The position numbers and the translations under genes are program-made. Source: an uncultured euryarchaeote (lineage in GTDB: Archaea; Thermoplasmatota; Poseidoniia; Poseidoniales; Poseidoniaceae). From it: DNA of 64,000 bases. Below the pieces are notes generated by a model. That model ran no database searches, was not told where the DNA came from, and worked only from the letters and a program-made list of their open reading frames with translations. How positions within the stretch are numbered: the stretch's first letter is position 1; each line of letters begins with the position of its first letter. The stretch is from positions 1-64,000 of the forward strand of contig CALBRH010000055.1 of assembly GCA_937899865.1 (NCBI GenBank), read 5' to 3'. Shown one piece after another: positions 61,001-64,000 of this stretch.

Positions 61001-64000
61001 CATCAGTCTCATAGATGAAAGATGTTGTACCATCTGAGGTTGGAACCAAAGCAGCATCACCAGTTGAGGTTACGACGCCCTGGTCGGAGGTAATTGTATA
61101 GTGAATAGTCGGTCCAACATTTGGTACAGGACTGGTATCTACACCTTGATCTGCATATCGGTTATCGGAAATTGTATAGGTCACAGTTCTATCAAGAGCA
61201 TGTGAATCGCCAATTTGTCCACCAGTAACCAATGGTGCGGAACTATCTGGATCTGGTTCTACATTTCTAATCTGCCAAAGCAGACCGTCGTCACGTATGT
61301 CTTCTCCAGTCTTGGTAGCACCTATTGCAAATCCTTGCCAGCTACCGCCTGCACTTGTTTCAGTTGCATCAGGTGTACAATCTGATGAAGTTTCCATGAA
61401 CATAACGTGCCCTGCTGTTGTTAAACAGATCTTACTGAATTCCCCAGTTCCGGTACCGAATGGCACTCCACCAAATCCTGTGTTTGTTCCAAGTGATGGT
61501 GTATTTGAATCTGCTAGGTCAATCACGAATGATTCAGCAGTGTAGCCATCAGTGTACAAAGAGTTGATGTCGTAAGGAGTGACAGCGCCAGATGGCCATG
61601 CATTTCCAGTGTATGACTCTACTGTCAACTTTGTGTCAGTATAATCTCCATATCCTGGATCGGTAGTAATGAAGTCCCAAGTACCTGCACCCAAGATTCC
61701 ACCGTTAGGAATGTCGTGTAAGTTTTGGTTCATCGTGTTGGAAACGTGAATCGAGTTCGATGATAAGGAACCAAATGTGTAACCCATATTGTAGGAATCA
61801 GTACCTCCATGAGGTACATTGGTTATTTCCATGTTTTGTTCGTAACACCAACTGTAACATTGGTAGATAACTCTCGCAACATCTCCTTGAGGAACTGTGA
61901 CTGTTGCCATTGTTGTTGGCAAGCTATAGTCCCTATTTCGGCCCGAGTCAGCGTATAGAGTGTTGATTGTAATCTGCGGTGTAAACATGTTAGGTGTGTA
62001 GGCTTCTGCAACTACATCCGGCAAACTGGCATCAAGTCTGTTATCGATGTTATCGGAGCGTAAGACAATCGAAGAACCTGTTGCTGCAATAGCCCATTCA
62101 TTGCTATTAGAATCGTAAACCATCATGAAATTTTGAGTTCCGTATCGACTGATATCGAGAATTCCTCCAAATGCAGAGTCGAGTTCAAGGGTGTTAGTTG
62201 GTGCGCCGGTACATCCAGTCGCTCCTGGGTTACAGTCGGTAGCGACTCCTTCCCAGTTGATATCCCAGTGACCCAAAGAATGATCGCCAGATGAATGGAC
62301 ATCGTCGTCCCAGAAACACGTATCGTCGATATTCCAAGATGATGTGTAGAATGAACCACAGTCAGTAAAGTCAAATTCAAAGTAGAATTCTCCACTACCT
62401 GCATAGTAAGTTATCTGTCTATCAAATACATCTTGTGTCTCTTGGTATGAACCGCCTGGTTGATAATCTGGCCCTTTAACATCCTCGAATAAGGCTGTGA
62501 GTTTTTTGCTTGTAGCTTGGTAGACATCTTCAACGGTGAACGTCAAATCAGCAGCACCAACTGCAGGGAAACGACCTGCATTTGGTGACTGTGGTGGAAC
62601 CTTAGAGTTGTCTACTGCTGCAGCATCACTGAAAGTCCAATAATAATCTACAGTTGTTCCAGCATTTATGTCCCCGGTTGTTGCGGAGAAGGTACAAACT
62701 TGATTCTTGGTAGCACATGTAGTTAGCAATGTTGAGTCAACATCAGTATATGAGTTGCCGCCATCAGTGCTGTACCACAATTTTGGACCACCAACAGCAG
62801 TTGTATCTACTGGGTTTCTAGCATCCATGATTGATAGGAATAGAGTTCTTGAGCCTTCAACATATGATGTAACACCAGTGTAGTGTCCATCGTATTCAAC
62901 TGTTGGTGCAACGTCATCTGGTGTGTTATCTTCAAGTTCTACAATTAGGTAGAAGTTGGAGAAATCTGCACCACCGTCCCAATTATTGGTGTTTGCACCG
63001 CCAATTGAGTTAAGGGCATTAGGGAATCCGACACCAAATTCGATGTAGCCGCCGTTTGCAGCATTATTGTATACGTCTGCAAACATTGCCATAGTTCCAG
63101 AAGAACATGCTGTAACACTGCCACAAATCGAAACTGTTTGAGGTGTGTTAAGACTTATGTCAATTGGCATTCTAGCTATCTGTTCAGAACTAATCAATGA
63201 GTTTAGTCTCTGAAGAGATGGTGATGCTAGAACAACACCTGATGAGCCACCGGCTGTATCGAATCTTACTTCTCCTCCGGAGCCTGGCCCAGAGCCATCT
63301 CCTGCAGTATCCCAAACCAATGCCTCATAGTTTCCAGGAGTTTGGATGAACACACTGTCTTCAGAGGTATAATCGGTTGCAGCGGTACAAGGTGGTGTTG
63401 AAGCAGGGTTGAAACTGCATAAATCCCAGTAGTTAGTCCATCCAGTTGTACCAGCTTGGCGGTAGTAAATCTCTGTGTGATCTGCATCACCAGGATTAGA
63501 ACCTGTCCTGTACATGAAATATGCTTCTTGTCCGGTCAGTACTGTGAAAGTTGTATCTGCAGGTTCGCTACCTGTCGGTGAACCTCCTGCACCAGGACCT
63601 ATTGCTGGAAGTACTGGAGGAGCAGGTGCTTGCTTTACAGTTGCGGAGTTTTCACTTGGCCAGCAACCTGAGGTTGGACAGTTGTAAGCAATTCTCATCT
63701 CATCTCCAGCATTTACTGTGAAGTATCTTGGAACCTCATATCCGTCATCTTCAGCATCGTGAGCAGCACCGGTAAAATCTCCAACGGTAACTAAGTCTGT
63801 CCATGCTGCATTAGATGCACCAATTGTTCTTGTTTGGAAATAAACTGCTGCGTTAGAGTTAAGTCCATCACCGTAAGAATCGGTTACGATGTATTCATAA
63901 CTACCAGCATCAAAAATTCCATTGCTCTCAAACGATGATGATCCGCTAACGAAATCAACTGAGCTTCCATCGCATGTAGTCATATCAGAGGTCATTGAAT
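49095..64000 (-). CDS. Giant adhesin-like surface protein (>=4966 aa, 5' end outside the window) with a C-terminal TM helix and a fused archaeal type IV pilin domain
   Basis: One open frame; the codon upstream of the track's ATG (63995) is TCA and no signal peptide is present, so the true start is beyond base 64000. Contains D[ST]YGDG modules, NIDO-like segments, beta-helix repeats, a CBM9/DOMON-like domain, cadherin-like repeats, a TM helix and [29 protein letters not shown]. Confidence 0.9.
   Translation of the reverse strand, partial: [4967 protein letters not shown]
49098..49628 (-). other. Archaeal type IV pilin/archaellin-like domain (177 aa) embedded at the C-terminus of the giant ORF
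   Basis: [25 protein letters not shown] matches the conserved hydrophobic N-terminus of archaeal pilins (compare DDA|[20 protein letters not shown]), followed by a ~150-aa beta-rich globular domain. Confidence 0.85.

Noticed and set aside
49588-63490. Many 60-116 aa ORFs inside the giant gene, and similar ones inside other long genes
   Set aside because: They are nested alternate-frame or antisense ORFs with no recognisable motifs, as expected inside long biased coding sequences.
63993-63995. ATG at 63995 as the start of the giant protein
   Set aside because: The frame stays open to the window edge (upstream codon TCA) and no signal peptide follows this Met.
1-64000. Mobile elements, prophage or defence systems
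   Set aside because: I recognised no transposase, integrase, terminal repeats, att-like duplication of the tRNA 3' ends, or defence-gene motifs.

Overview
An AT-rich, very compact stretch of an archaeal chromosome. Archaeal markers are PolD DP1, GatD, archaeal pelota, the RFC small subunit, a tRNA-Met with a perfect bulge-helix-bulge intron, and a class III (pilin) signal. Gene content and the giant acidic membrane-anchored proteins fit Marine Group II (Ca. Poseidoniales) best; this is inference. I see no mobile element, CRISPR array or rRNA. Two things stand out. (1) A giant ORF (>=4966 aa, open past the right edge) encodes an adhesin-like surface protein. It ends with a TM helix, an acidic cytoplasmic loop and an in-frame, complete archaeal type IV pilin (DDDAA|[24 protein letters not shown]...), so it may be an adhesin-prepilin polyprotein cut by prepilin peptidase. 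(2) A loose aromatic-amine catabolic cluster lies at about 1.9-15.3 kb. It has both subunits of a 2-aminophenol 1,6-dioxygenase, with the alpha subunit fused to a RidA-type 2-aminomuconate deaminase. It also has a 2-aminomuconate-semialdehyde-type ALDH translationally coupled to a luciferase-like monooxygenase and an altered class 3 asparaginase, plus a formamidase-like hydrolase, an SDR and an APC permease. Other notable items are a membrane-anchored protein very similar to vertebrate DNase I, a 3083-aa/876-aa surface-protein pair with matching 8-repeat stalks, and a surface alpha/beta-hydrolase lacking its catalytic Ser. About 30.6 kb of the 64 kb encodes five large surface proteins. All family calls come from motif recognition by eye; no searches were run.
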